A program made the translations under genes and the position numbers. Below the pieces are notes generated by a model. The model worked only from the letters and a program-made list of their open reading frames with translations, had not been told where the DNA came from and did not search any database. A stretch of DNA of 64,000 bases from the human T2T-CHM13v2.0 reference genome, Homo sapiens, in NCBI RefSeq assembly GCF_009914755.1, contig NC_060928.1. One strand, given 5' to 3'. Of the stretch, positions 1 through 13,748 are shown piece by piece. The number at the start of each line of letters is the position of its first letter. The stretch's first letter is position 1.

Positions 1-164
1 TGTTGAATAACTGCTATGAGCCAAATTTTAAATTGAGAGATAAAGATTATTTACTGAGTAAAAAAATATTTTCTCTCAAGTAACTTCCCTTTTAGATAGA
101 TATTTAAGGTCAATGGCAATGGAAAAATTAGAGTACAGAGCTAGATTAGGTATCATAACTTTTA

Positions 165-262
165 AATTTTCTTTCTTTTTTTGTTTTTTTTTTTAATACA
201 TAGTAGATGTGTATATTTACAGGGTACATGAGATGTTTTTATACAGGCATGTAATATGAAAT
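165..262 (-). mobile_element. Short L1 (L1MA-like) 3' end fragment
   Basis: Poly-T followed by atatttacagggtacatgagatgtttttatacaggcatg, typical of an antisense L1 3'UTR. Confidence 0.6.
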
Positions 263-889
263 AGCTGGTTGCTTTTAAGAGAGATTGTGGACTTGAGGAT
301 AGGTAGGTGGTAGGGTTGGCTTAGGTGGAGAGGGTACCTCAGAGGTTGAACATAGAAGCTGGTGAACAGCTTGGCATGATCAAAGTGGAAGGAAGGGGTT
401 GGAAATAAAGTTGGAGCACTTACAGAGCAAAGAAGTAGCTGAACTCAGTGAAGCAAAAAATAAGCAGGTATGGAAGGTTCCTGTGATGAAGAAAGACTAT
501 GAGGGGGAAGTGAAGTGTCAAGGTCACCCAGAAGACTGTTATGGTAATCCAAGAGAGATGAACAGGGCTTGGATTGGAATGGTCATACCAGAAGAGCAGC
601 AGGGAGGAAAACAGGATGGTTATCAGCACTCAACTAGGAATAAAGAAAAAAGAGAAGAGTGAATAAAAATAACTTTAAAGTTATATATTTCAATGATATT
701 AAAAAATGCTTGTCATCAACAGAAATACAAATTTCATGTGCAAGTCAGAAGGAAAGTAAAAACACATTGCTTTATATGTGGTAAGTTTGAAGTGGTGGCA
801 GGATGATGTTTATTTTCATTAATTGCAGAGACTTTATATGTAAAAAGCCAATAAATAAAAATGTGATCTTTCTCTTTGGGTATAGTAGG

Positions 890-1105
890 AAGAGAATGAA
901 GTTTAGAGTTTGGAGTCCTTAATTCAAATCTTAGCTCTACCAAATTCTGGATGTCTGATCCCTGGCCTCAGTTGTCTCATCTGTAAACTGAGTTAATAAT
1001 GATAATTATTTTTAAATGCACACGTATACGAAACAGAGTAATTCTAAGGATTAAAATGAAATGATGCTTTTGAAAGCACTTATGTGCACAGTAATATTAC
1101 TTATT
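890..1105 (+). mobile_element. MIR SINE relic
   Basis: MIR core-like gcctcagttgtctcatctgtaaactgag...aggattaaaatgaaatgatgc...aaagcactt. Confidence 0.65.
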
Positions 1106-1182
1106 ATATCACCATAGTCCCCCTTTTTATGTGAGAGGACAAAAGGAAATATGCTTAGTAAAATGATTAAAAATGTCCATGA

Positions 1183-1496
<314 letters not shown>

Positions 1497-1559
1497 GAAC
1501 TCGTTGTTTTTAATATATACACAGATAGATATAAAAACAAATACGTAGAGTTGTACGTT

Positions 1560-1975
1560 GTGTGTATACAGACATGTATTTCCTACCTCCCTTCACTTAG
1601 AGGGCCTAGAAGCAAGGATACTTCAGTAGCAATGAGCAAACCTAGCCTGCATCTTGGTTTCCAAACATAATTTTCCAACAGAAGAAAATATAACTTCTTG
1701 GGAAAATGGCTGATTTGAGTAAGAACAGGCTCGGAAAATGATGGGGCATATCAACCTGAAGCAGCTCCCAATGACTGAATACACAGAAATCTGAGCAACA
1801 AAATAACTAATAAAAACAAATAATAACTCATAGAATAAAAGAAATAGCCCGGGGTCTTTACTAATAGAAATAAATAATTGAATAAACAAGTAAATAAGTG
1901 GAGGAGAAGGGACAGATTTTTTTATAGTAGAATTCCAGTGAACAAATCTAGAAGAAATATGGAAATTATAACTAG
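1560..1975 (+). mobile_element. Old L1 (L1MC-like) 3' region fragment
   Basis: ggcctagaagcaaggatac...agtagcaatgagc...atcttggtttc...gaaaatggctgatt motifs typical of the L1MC 3' region. Confidence 0.55.
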
Positions 1976-4900
1976 TACAAAGGCAATCAGCAATCTAGCT
2001 TGTGTTTAACTATCAAAAATTGTATTAGCAAATTGTTTTCAACTATAGAATTCTGTAAAAATTAACCCATTGTGTTTAAGTCATCATAGAGGGAAAAAGT
2101 TGAGACACAATTGCTTTGTATAACTTGGAATGACTTTTGCTGGCTATTGAACTCCCAGATGTATTTAGAAAAAAAGATTATGTTATGAAATTGCCATTTT
2201 TAGGTGTTTATTCTAAAGATAAAATGGAATTACAAGTGCAAAACAGAATTTTTGTTTGTTTGTTTTAAACGTATGACTGCAAGTTTTACATAAATTATTA
2301 TTTGAGTAAATAGCACATGCAAGGAGCTGCTATATAGTACATTAAATGATATAACCAAAATACCAGAAAACTATTTTGTTCATAGTACCATTTTTCAAAT
2401 ATCTGAAGTTGGTCTTTATTAACCATATGTCTGCATGATACTGAACATTGTACTTTTGAGATATATGATATTGGCATTGATGTAATGCATTTCTTATTTT
2501 ACTATTTTATTCTTGATTCCTCTTTGAGTAAAATAAACTTAAAAGACCCTTTTTTGAGGTAATGAGTGGAAGTAGATTTTTAAAAATTTGTTGGTGATAT
2601 TAACTACATGATGTTGAAAATAACAATTACAACTGACATTCATTGACCACTTTCTATCTCCCTTCTGTTTTGCGAAATTATAACTTTATTTAGTTTGAAT
2701 TACTTAGATAACTGTCTCTTCTTCCACTTCTTTTTGCAACTAAGACATGCCATAAATCTGTGCAGGTATCTGTATAATATGCTGTTTCTGTTTCAGTGTT
2801 AATAATTTATAACTGAGACCTATTTCCACTTTGAACTAGGGTTCAGTAGGATGAAAACTAACTTTGTCTTTTATTTATCACACTTGATTGTCTAATAATT
2901 TCCATAAGCAGCAGTTGCTCTCCACATACAGATAGAACCCTACACCTAACGAATCTCTCCCTTGGTCCCTCCTAAAAAGGCACTCCATTTCTCATTTTCA
3001 TTAACTTTGCTACAGCATGGCCAAACTCAGTAAAATTTTTTTTTCTGTTTTCTTTGTCTTTAATATTGTCTTTAATATTTCACCTGTCTGTTTCAATTTA
3101 TCTTGGTAAAATATTTAGATATATAATATCTGTTCACTTTTGAAACTAAATTTTCAGTTTTAGTCAAATGTATAATGATACTGCAAGTTGAGCAAACTGT
3201 GATCAAAGACCATGATAGTACCTGTATTAATGTTACATGCGTGTTCTTTACATACCTAAGCAGTATAGTGACAACTGAGTGTGTTTACCTGGGAGAACTT
3301 TAGGTATTTTCCCTAAGCCCATGTACTTTGAGGTTTTAATGTGCAGGATGAGAACAGCATCCAGCCAGGAACAGCGTAATGCCCCGATGTCATGGGATTT
3401 GACAAGCTTGCTCTGCACCTAATAACCATAGGTTTCTATATCACATCATCTTTGCCTAAGACATAATAGATACTCTACTGATTCTAAATATCCAACACTA
3501 TTTTTGTGTCCTAAACTTAAACTTCAAATTTGTCACAAGTTAATCTCCTGAATCAAACCTAGGAAGAGAAGTTTCCTTAGGCAACACATAGATTGTACCA
3601 ATGCATAAACAGTTATTTGAGAATGAAACAGAACCAGAGCTTTGTGCTATTTTCATTTTTATAAATTAACAAGGAAATTAAAGATGTTATGAAGGATGAG
3701 ACAAAAAAATTTCTGGAAAAATATTTTTGTCTTCCCTTGTACCATTTCTATTTAAATGTTAATGCACTGTGTTTCCATCTTAAAGTCAAACAAATGTTTA
3801 AAAACTGTAACAGTTTTTAATGAATAGTTTTATTAACTACTAATCCTCCTGTTTTCAATTCAAATTTCCTAGTCTTTGTAGAGCTTGAAACTTTCCTCTG
3901 GGATGCATGAAGTCTACTACTTCAGGCTGGCAATCCTCTCTCATAACTCCTATTTGCACTGTTTTCCTTTCCCCTTCATCTCGAGCCTTGTTCACACTCA
4001 GTGCCTATTGGTGGCATGTTTAGCTGCCCTGAAGCATAGCCTCTGTAACTTTCCTTGTTCTCTTTCAGTTTGACTTTGATGAATGCAATGCTCCTGCAAT
4101 GAGAAAACTGTACACACCAGTGACCCAGGCATCTGAATTGTCTGGGAATAGGCTGCATTACTGAAATTTAGGGTCTACTCCTTGTTAGACATATCAGTGT
4201 TCCAATGACTTATAAAACATTTGATCCCTGATGGCTGTAGGTTTCTCTTGTTTGAAAGCTGCTAAAAAGCATGCACATCATTGGAATGCAAAATTAAAAC
4301 AAGAAGTAGAAGTGTGAAGCTCATTTAGACTTTTAAAAACTGGTCTAAGTGATTGTGGCATGTCAAAGTACTTTATACACTCCTAAGTGGAGACAAACCT
4401 GTGAAACAGAACACCAAAGGCACAATTGTGTTGCAACAAGCAGTATATTGTAACTGAGTTTAAAGCCCCCTAACATTCCTGCACACTAAAGCACAGTAGA
4501 TTTAAATAGGATCTTTGTGATTCCACATATCCTAAAGAAGCAGTTTTTCTCTGTGTGAAACCACATGCATTTTCATAGAAGATTCAGGGATAAAAACACA
4601 TCCGGGCAAGATATAAGAGTGAAATGTATAGACAAAAGGATTAAGGGCTCAAAGGCTTTTTTCTTCTTTTTCCCCTTTCCTCTTTGAGCTGAATTATCAT
4701 TTAATGCCGTAGACTGGATAGGTCAAGAGTTTGACTGAACAGAGTCATAAAGTCAACTAGGAAAATATTTTTTACCATATAAAAGAAAAAATAGAAAACT
4801 ATTCAGAGATGTCACAAGTATCAGACCATATGGTGTAATGCCACTTGATTAGAGGTTTATTTTTTCTAATTAGCTCATTTTGGAGTAGATTATTTGAGAA

Positions 4901-7900
4901 TACTCATCCTTGGAATTGTTATGATATGATGTATATGCACATATGTATATATGTGGACATATTTATCTGTATTCTATATAGATGTATTTATCAAAATGCA
5001 TTTCCGTTTTTATATGTTTTAATAATGTCTCTCCCTTCACTTTTTTCTCCTGGAGTTTTCAACATATTGAAGTTACAGTATTGCAGTTTTACTATAGTAC
5101 ATACTTCAAATGTACTTAAGGGAATGATCATTTGAATAAAATTTGACTAAGGGATAGATCCTTTTAATAAGTATGTGAAATTGATAGGAAATTTTTTAGA
5201 TTAAAAAGTACTGAAATTTAAGGTATAGAATCATTCCACAGAACTACTTTGTACCCTGGAACTGGACCCCGTGGCATGATGGTAGCTTCTCAGCCAGACG
5301 GAGCCCATGAGATAGATGGCTCTGACAGGAACATTTGGGATCTGACATTAGATCTGTGGGTGGGGTGAAGAGAACTGATCTAGAGTAGATCATACTGGGT
5401 CCTACAGGGTATCCAGGCATGATATCACATAGTTGCTTCATCCACAATGTAGGAAATAGTCAACATTGGGGTTCTCACTCCAGCAGGGGGATACAGCAAT
5501 GGGGAATTCCAGCAGCCATCTATACTTGGGAATCAAGGAAAAAGGGGCTGATCATTTGTTCTTGGCCATCATGATACTACCTGCTGATATTGATTATGGG
5601 ACAAAGCTTCAGTATTGGGAAAGAAAAATGTTGTGATGATTCTACCTTTGGAGCTGTACTATTATTATACTTACAAACCTCTTCATGGCAGCCCTCCAGC
5701 TGGAAGGATGCACTAGAGTTTTGGTCATCCAGGCCAAATTCAGAAGTAAGAGTTAATTCTCTTCACTGACACCAGCAAGAGAAAAATGGAGTTATATTTT
5801 GAGGGCAACGTAATTATTGGTTGTTTCTAGATATAGTTGAAAGTATAAGGACTTGTTCCTAAATGGTAAGATAGGAGAGCAGGAACACTTAGTTTTCTGA
5901 AGATGACTTCATTATGAGTCAACATTAGATGGAAGTCGAAAAAAGTTTGACCTTTTATTCTGAAATTAAAGGTGAATGGAGACAGCAGGTGAGATGTATC
6001 AAGGGTCCCAGGCATGAGAAACTGATCCAGAGAAGAATGAGAGCATGTAGACTCTATACTCGACTTTTTACAATTGTTTATTATATTATTTAATTCTCAC
6101 AATGGGGTAGATATTCTAAATCTCATTTTTTAGGGGAAGAAAATTATGCTTGAATATTTTGCTTGAAAAAGATTTTCCCTTCAAATTTCATGGCAAATAA
6201 ATACCTTAAGTGACAGACCCCAGATGCCAGATTCCAAATCCCATGCCTTTTCGCTAAACCATGCTATACTACCACGTAATGTCTGATTTGTAGTATTTTT
6301 AACTTAAATTTTAGGGCAGATAATAAACAAACCTTAGACCCATCTGATTCAAAAAGAGAAAAAAATAATGGAGTTGAGGAAAAATAATCATAGTTAGCTT
6401 GCTGTGCAATGCTATATACTGGACACTGTCCTAAGTACTTAAGATGCACTGACTTATTTAATCTTTTCAGCAACACCATGAGGTAGAAATGATTATAACT
6501 CCCTTTTGTCCAATGGAAAAAGTGAGGTTTAAGAAGGAAGGAAGAGGTAAGACCCCAGATGACTTGAATCTGTGCTTCTCCAACTGACCTTATAATGCTA
6601 TAAAGAAGAGTAGCTGGGATGAAAAATATATATCACCAAGTTACACAAAAATATTTCTAACCTTTCAAGGAACAGACAAACAAAATAGCAGGGGGAGTCT
6701 CTGAAGAATTATGATGTGATTTACACTACAGCAAGGTCCCTAATAATAAGATTACAGGAAGAAGGACAGAAGAGCTAGAGTTATCAAGTGCTGAAACCAT
6801 CTATACTACTAGCACCTCCAATGATCAAAATAGCATCAAGGCCGATTTCTAAGTCTTGGATGTCATCAACAGGAATCTCTTGTTAGAGTAGAAGAGAGGT
6901 GAGGTAGGTTCCGGCCCAAAGTATCATATGACTGGCTAGTTTGGAGTTAGTTTATTAAACTGCAATGGAAGTAGCTCTAAAATTTCCTGAAAGTTGTCTT
7001 TTTTTTTTTTTTTTTTTTTTCTCACTGCAACCACAGAGAGAACCCAAGGACAAAATTCAAAGTAAAATGAAAAAGGAGGGCTACTGAGGTATTACTCACA
7101 ACAAATACGAAAAGTTGGGGAGTGCATAGAGATCTCTGAATGCCTCTTGTGCTCTGCTGAACAATGAGGCCAAGGATCTGGAAGACATCTTTATACCATA
7201 GGAAAATTGATCCCCCCTTATCTTAGTATGGAATAATAATAAACTGAACTATGTTCTCCTTGTTCCAGAGCAAGGACAAAAAAACTACCTTCTACCTTAT
7301 CAGAGATGTTTTTTTAACACTTGATCTCCAGGTCAGCTAAAATCAAATGTTATTAAAATAGAAAGGGCATATTTCAGTAAAATTGACATTTTAAAATGTC
7401 AGTGGTTAATGAAAGCCATAGTCTCTTTTATTGATAATTCTTTTTTTAGGAAGAATTTAGGACAAAATTAAACTGTCATGACATACTTCTTGGTCTACTA
7501 AATATTATATGACCTTTGTATTTAGTAAAACTTGACAAAATCAGATTAGAACTTTGCCATGTAGTTTGAGTTATCAAAATATGAAGTCAGATCAATTTTA
7601 TGACCATAGAAACTTAAAAATTGGAAATTCTAATTTTAGACATTAGAAGTGGCATGACTAAAGTTTTATGGTGTCCATTTCTTCAGGATGCACAATTACT
7701 ACAGTTAGCATATATCTGAATTACTGATGTTTCACAGTGGCAAAGAATGGAGAGCTCCACCTGGGTATTTGAATGGGTTGTTGGTCATGAACACAAGTAG
7801 AAAATGCACATCTTTCTGTGAGTATTTATTGTAGGCTGATAACTGTGGGGTGTTTTTGCATTTACAAGATGCCATATTATTGGTGGCTGTTGTCTCTAAA

Positions 7901-8225
7901 AGGTTAGCATTTGCTTTGAAGGTAAGACATGTTAGAAGTAAAGATACCTATGAAAAATAAAGAAAAACTGTGGAGAGAGGAGCAGCAAGTGAGTGTCATA
8001 GATTAAAGGTAATTAAAGTAAAGTGATGGCCACACAGAGGTGACAGCTGTAAGGAGGATTAGATATCACGGTCAGGCAGGGATCTAGTGATGGATCCATC
8101 ACTGGAAAAGGGGAACCAATAATGAAAGAATGCAGAGAAGCTCTACAGGTGGAAAGAGTGGAATGAAAGGAGCTTTTCACTACATGTAATACCGTAGAGG
8201 CAAATGATGGCCAAACCATAGAGCT

Positions 8226-8233
8226 GTGTGTGT

Positions 8234-8264
<31 letters not shown>
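8226..8264. repeat. (TG)n microsatellite
   Basis: Visible TG dinucleotide run. Confidence 0.95.
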
Positions 8265-8268
<4 letters not shown>

Positions 8269-9131
8269 CATTTATGATAAGAGTAATCCTTCTGGACCTC
8301 TAGAGAACAATAATTATATTTCCCTGACATTAGCAATGATTACTCTCCATATGTTTATAGTGACACTGATGGATATCCTGAAATATCCATGATGTGATCA
8401 ACAGTCTTACTCTTACCTCATGAACCATCTTGTGGTTCATGGCTACTGATGCTTTTGTGGCCATTGGCATTTTTGTTCTTTTCATTCCTCCTCATGTTCA
8501 GATGGCCACCAACAGATTTGGTGCCTGGACCAAAATCAAACATCTGAAAATATAATTATACAAGAACTGACAGAATAGTAATGTGACCAAAACAAAATCA
8601 TTTTTAATGGTAATTGGATAAATGACTGCAGATTGCTATTCTCGGAGATTCATTAAAGCATTTCTGTGAGTACATCAGTAATAATATGCATTTGTCTCTT
8701 TTTATTTAAATGTTGTGTTTGGGCCTGCGTATAGTGCTGAATGAATATTTGTGAGAAGAATGAAATAAATGTTTGCATAAACCACTCATATTTTAAGTAT
8801 GTGAAGGAAGTTTTTTTTATTGCTCATTTAGTCAGTAATCAATTATGAGTGCCTGCTATATAGGGGCACTATCAGGAGTACTAGGGACAAACAGACAAAT
8901 AAAATACAGTGTCTGTTCATAAAAAGACAATTAAAATACAGGGTAACAATCATCCTGATGGCTCTGTGTCCACAGCAGGCTCCTAATCTTGTTGGCCAGG
9001 CAGGGCTTCCAAGAGGAGTCTTGCAGATGCTGAGAGGGAGGGAGGTGATCCAGGGGAATAGTTATTAATAAAAGTCCAGAGGAAATTTCAAGGGAGAGAA
9101 TGCAAAGATGAGATTATGAAAACTGGAATAC

Positions 9132-9420
9132 GCTAGGAATGGTGGTTCGCACCTGTAATCCCAGCACTTGGGAGGAATGCTTGAGTCCAGGAGTTTGAGA
9201 CCATCCTGGGCAACATGGCGAAACCCTGTCTCTACCAAAAATACAAAAATTAGCCAGGTGTGGTGGTGCATGCTTGTAATCCCAGCTACTTGGGAGGCTG
9301 AGGTGGTAGAATCGCTTGAGCCGGGGGAGGTGGAGGTTGCAATGAGCGCCACTGCACTCCAGCTTGGGTGGCAGAGCCAGACCCTGTCTCAAAACAAACA
9401 AATAAACAAAAAGCAAAAAC
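9132..9420 (+). mobile_element. AluJ-like element
   Basis: Diverged Alu dimer with small deletions and an (AAAC)-type A tail. Confidence 0.93.
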
Positions 9421-9478
9421 TGGGGAAAGAAAGATCAGCTCAGATAGGAGTCCATACCACATTATTAAGGATTTTGGC

Positions 9479-9870
<392 letters not shown>

Positions 9871-12800
9871 TGAAGATTATAGGGAGTTCCTTGAATAGGT
9901 CTGAGCTTTGGAAAGATCTCCTTGGCTAAGGCGCATGACAAATGGATTGAAACAGAGCAAAGCTAGAACCAGTAAACTCTTTAGGAGACAGTTACAGTAA
10001 TTCAGTCAAGAAATAAATCACTGACCTAAAATAGTGGCAAAGGGATGGAAAAAAGTAGACTCTGCAGGACTGGATGTATGGGAAAGGTAATGTCAAACAC
10101 TTCAAGATTGTCAGCTTGGGCAGCAAGGTGTATAGGGCTGCTGGTCACTGAGCCAGAGAAGACTGGGCCAGGAGCAGGTTTGAGTAGGGCATTGGCTTAG
10201 GAAAGCACTGAGCATGTTTAAATACTAAGGAACTGGTAGAAAAGGAAAACATTTTTTCTTAAAAATATTACTTAATAATTGCTCTTAAAGAAGAAAACCC
10301 TTAATTTTTAGAGATATATCTGCATTTTAAATCATATTTATATTCCTTTCTTCTTCCTCTTTCCTTCTTCCTTCTTCCTTCCTTTCTTATCTTCTGGTAG
10401 AGAAGATTAATTTTATGTGGACCTAAGTGTGATTTATAAACTTCTGACTGTAAAGATTAAACACATATAAACATCAGCATGAGTGTATTTACTATAGCTT
10501 ATCATTATACAGATGACAGCACCAAAGTTCAAAATGACAGCTGATAGTGTCCATCTAGAATTTATTTCTAGCAGCATGTAGCTAATAGCAATGGAGCTTA
10601 GAGGACATAAGACCACATTAACATAATTTTCGAAGAATGAAATAACAGCATTGACTTTCTAATATATTTATGACTGTATTTCTGGAGTTTTTGATTGCTT
10701 ATAAAGTGATTTTGTTTTCCAAACAAAAGTAGGGCAAGATTGAAAACTTGAAAATAATTCTCCCATTTTCCAGAGAGAACAAATGATACATATTCAGGGT
10801 ATTTATTTCAGTATGAATAATATATGAAGGATCATAAATAATTCTTTATACCTTGAAGTGTATAGATACATTTACTCTAAAGAGATCCTGAAATAAAACC
10901 CAAGTGAATGAAGTTGGACAATGAAATTCAAGTTCTTTTTGGAGCTCTAAGTTTTCCGTCTTTGAAATAAAATGAATTTAGTCTATGTATCATTCCATAA
11001 TTGTAGTGCAACTGTTCTTGACTAAATGCACACTCATCATGCTGTTTAAAGTAATCATAATACCATATTTTACAGTAACTCTCTGATGTCGGTGCAACAC
11101 AACTGGAAGAGCCTAGTTGATTCTGTGTTTCAACACAGTACAAGAAAATCAGTTATCCTCATAATAAATCAGGTTTAATTGGTAATTCTAAAATAAATAC
11201 TCATATATGCTCTAGTTGAACCAGCATCAGATATTTAGTTTGAACTTAGGTTTGTTATTGACTGATGAATGCCTGGCTGCTGCCTGGAAGTGTATTTTCA
11301 ATGTCTATGTCTCTTGCTTAATTTCAAATGTCATATGTGTGTATTTTGTAGGGAAAGTAGGATTTTAAAATATTTTGAAATCAATAGATTAAAATATTTG
11401 AGTATAGGATTACACAGAACTGAGCTCTGTGTTACAGTTGAAGAAATCTTTTGGTAATGACAAATGTATCAAAACATTTAAATCCATGTGTTGAAGCCCA
11501 AAAAAGTTTATGAAGGGTTGTTATTTCTCTAGAACCTCTAGGGTGAGTATACAAACTGAACATATAAATATATGTAGCTTAATGCCTGTGAACTTTCAAA
11601 GGAAAACACTGGCCAAATGCTAATAGAAATAAGTAGTAGGAAAGGATAAATGAATATTTATTTTCTACCCTTAGTCATGAATAGTTCACTGGATCTTTGT
11701 GAACTTTGAATTTGCTTAATAGTAAGACATTATTTGGGGAGGTTGATTATAAATGATCATTAGTACAATACTCCCATTTTTCTTGTCTAGATGCTCAAGC
11801 AGTGTGTCTAACTACCATGGCATGTGAGTCCTCTTTGATAGATAGATAGGTCTGGACAACCATGGCGTGCAACATATAGAACCTAGCCAGGCAGCTTTCT
11901 CTCCAGCCTACCATGAACAGTCACACCTCTTCTAAGATTGTTGTTCCTGTGGGCACCAAACTTTGCCCATTAACTGATCTATTCTCATGCTATGCATCAT
12001 TTATTTTAAAATCACCTTAACTGAGTACTTTTCAGATTATCTCGATCAGCTGGTTGCCAGATGGAAACTTACTACAAGTGTTTATAAATTATACTCTGGC
12101 TTAGGCTTCAAAAAATAGCTATTACAGCCAGATTATAATGAAGCCCCCATCTTGCTTTTTTATTTTAATCACTTGACCCTCTCTTCAAAAAAGCTGTGGG
12201 GAAGCCCCTGCTTTAGTAGTTCATCAGTTTGGGGGGATTCTGTACACACATATTTGTCTTCAAAATAAGTAGGAGTGCACAGTGACTAAATTGTTTTATT
12301 CACATTGCATTTCAAAATCCAGTCCGATGTGATAGAACATAGAATTAGTCAAATGGCCCTTTAGGCTTGCTTTGGCCACCCTACACTTCTGTCCTCATAG
12401 TCTCTTTAATGTCAGTCAGCGACATTTATTGAGTGCCCACTTTGTGTTGGGCATTGCGTGGAGTAGCCTTCGGAAAGCTATGCAAGCTGTTAGCACTGTT
12501 TATTAAAGAATGTTGTCCTTTATGTACCAGAAGTCAAGAGGCAGCAGTGTGGAATGAAAATAATAGCTGGAAGGAATGTAAAATTAAATTGGTTAATTGA
12601 TGTTTGTGGGCACATGAATAGCTTGGCAATATTCATTTTGATTAATCTGTGTAAAGCATAAACAGTAAAAGTCATTTATATTGACCTCAATTAGAAAAAT
12701 TATGCCACAAGTCCATATAGGGAATTTAGTGTAGATCCATAAGTTATGCAACAGTTTCCCTGATTGATCAGTTATAAACAGGGCCAATTTGTAAAAATCA

Positions 12801-12911
12801 TGATGTGTTTAACTTTTAGTCAAATAAATTGTATTGAATGTACCCAAACACGGAAGAAAATAGCATGCTGCCTTGCTTATTGCACAGAATGTTCCAATTT
12901 TCTTTCCACAG

Positions 12912-13123
12912 GTCAGTAATTCCCAAAGACAGGAGAACTTGTCCTTGGATTCATGTGACTATGTCGGCATCGAGAATTCTGCATGCAATAGGGATAACCA
13001 AAGATTAATTTAATTAGATAAACGCATTTGAGTGAAACAATCGGTCTTGAATTATAGCTGCCATGATCAAAAACAAGGAGAAGGGCAGACAGTAATCGAA
13101 GCAGATTTCTAAATTCAGCAAAG
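12912..13123 (+). other. Candidate recursive-splice site plus 212-nt poison exon
   Basis: Pyrimidine tract ttttctttccacag immediately followed by GTCAGT; downstream donor AAG|gtaaca at 13124; phase-0 stop TAA at 13011-13013. Confidence 0.35.
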
Positions 13124-13414
13124 GTAACATAGATCTTACATATTAATGATGATCTGAAAAATATAAAGTATTGACTAAATATCACGTTAGGATAGTTTTT
13201 TTGCACATGATAGTTTAGTTTAAGAGAAACTCTACATGACCTTTTTAAATTTGTGTGATGTTCTTGAATAATCCTTGGATCTTGGAGGAGAGAAAAAAAT
13301 TTAATTCAATGACTCTGAGTGAAACATTCTGATTTGCCACTTTAAAGACTCATGGCAATTTTTTTTTCAGTCTTTTTAATATGATAGCACTAGCCCTTTA
13401 AGAATAAATTAATC

Positions 13415-13748
<334 letters not shown>

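Noticed and set aside
13067-13123. Frame reading SKTRRRADSNRSRFLNSAK, loosely similar to [14 protein letters not shown] (possible duplicated exon)
   Set aside because: Very short match, preceded by an in-frame TGA with no start codon or acceptor; most likely chance.
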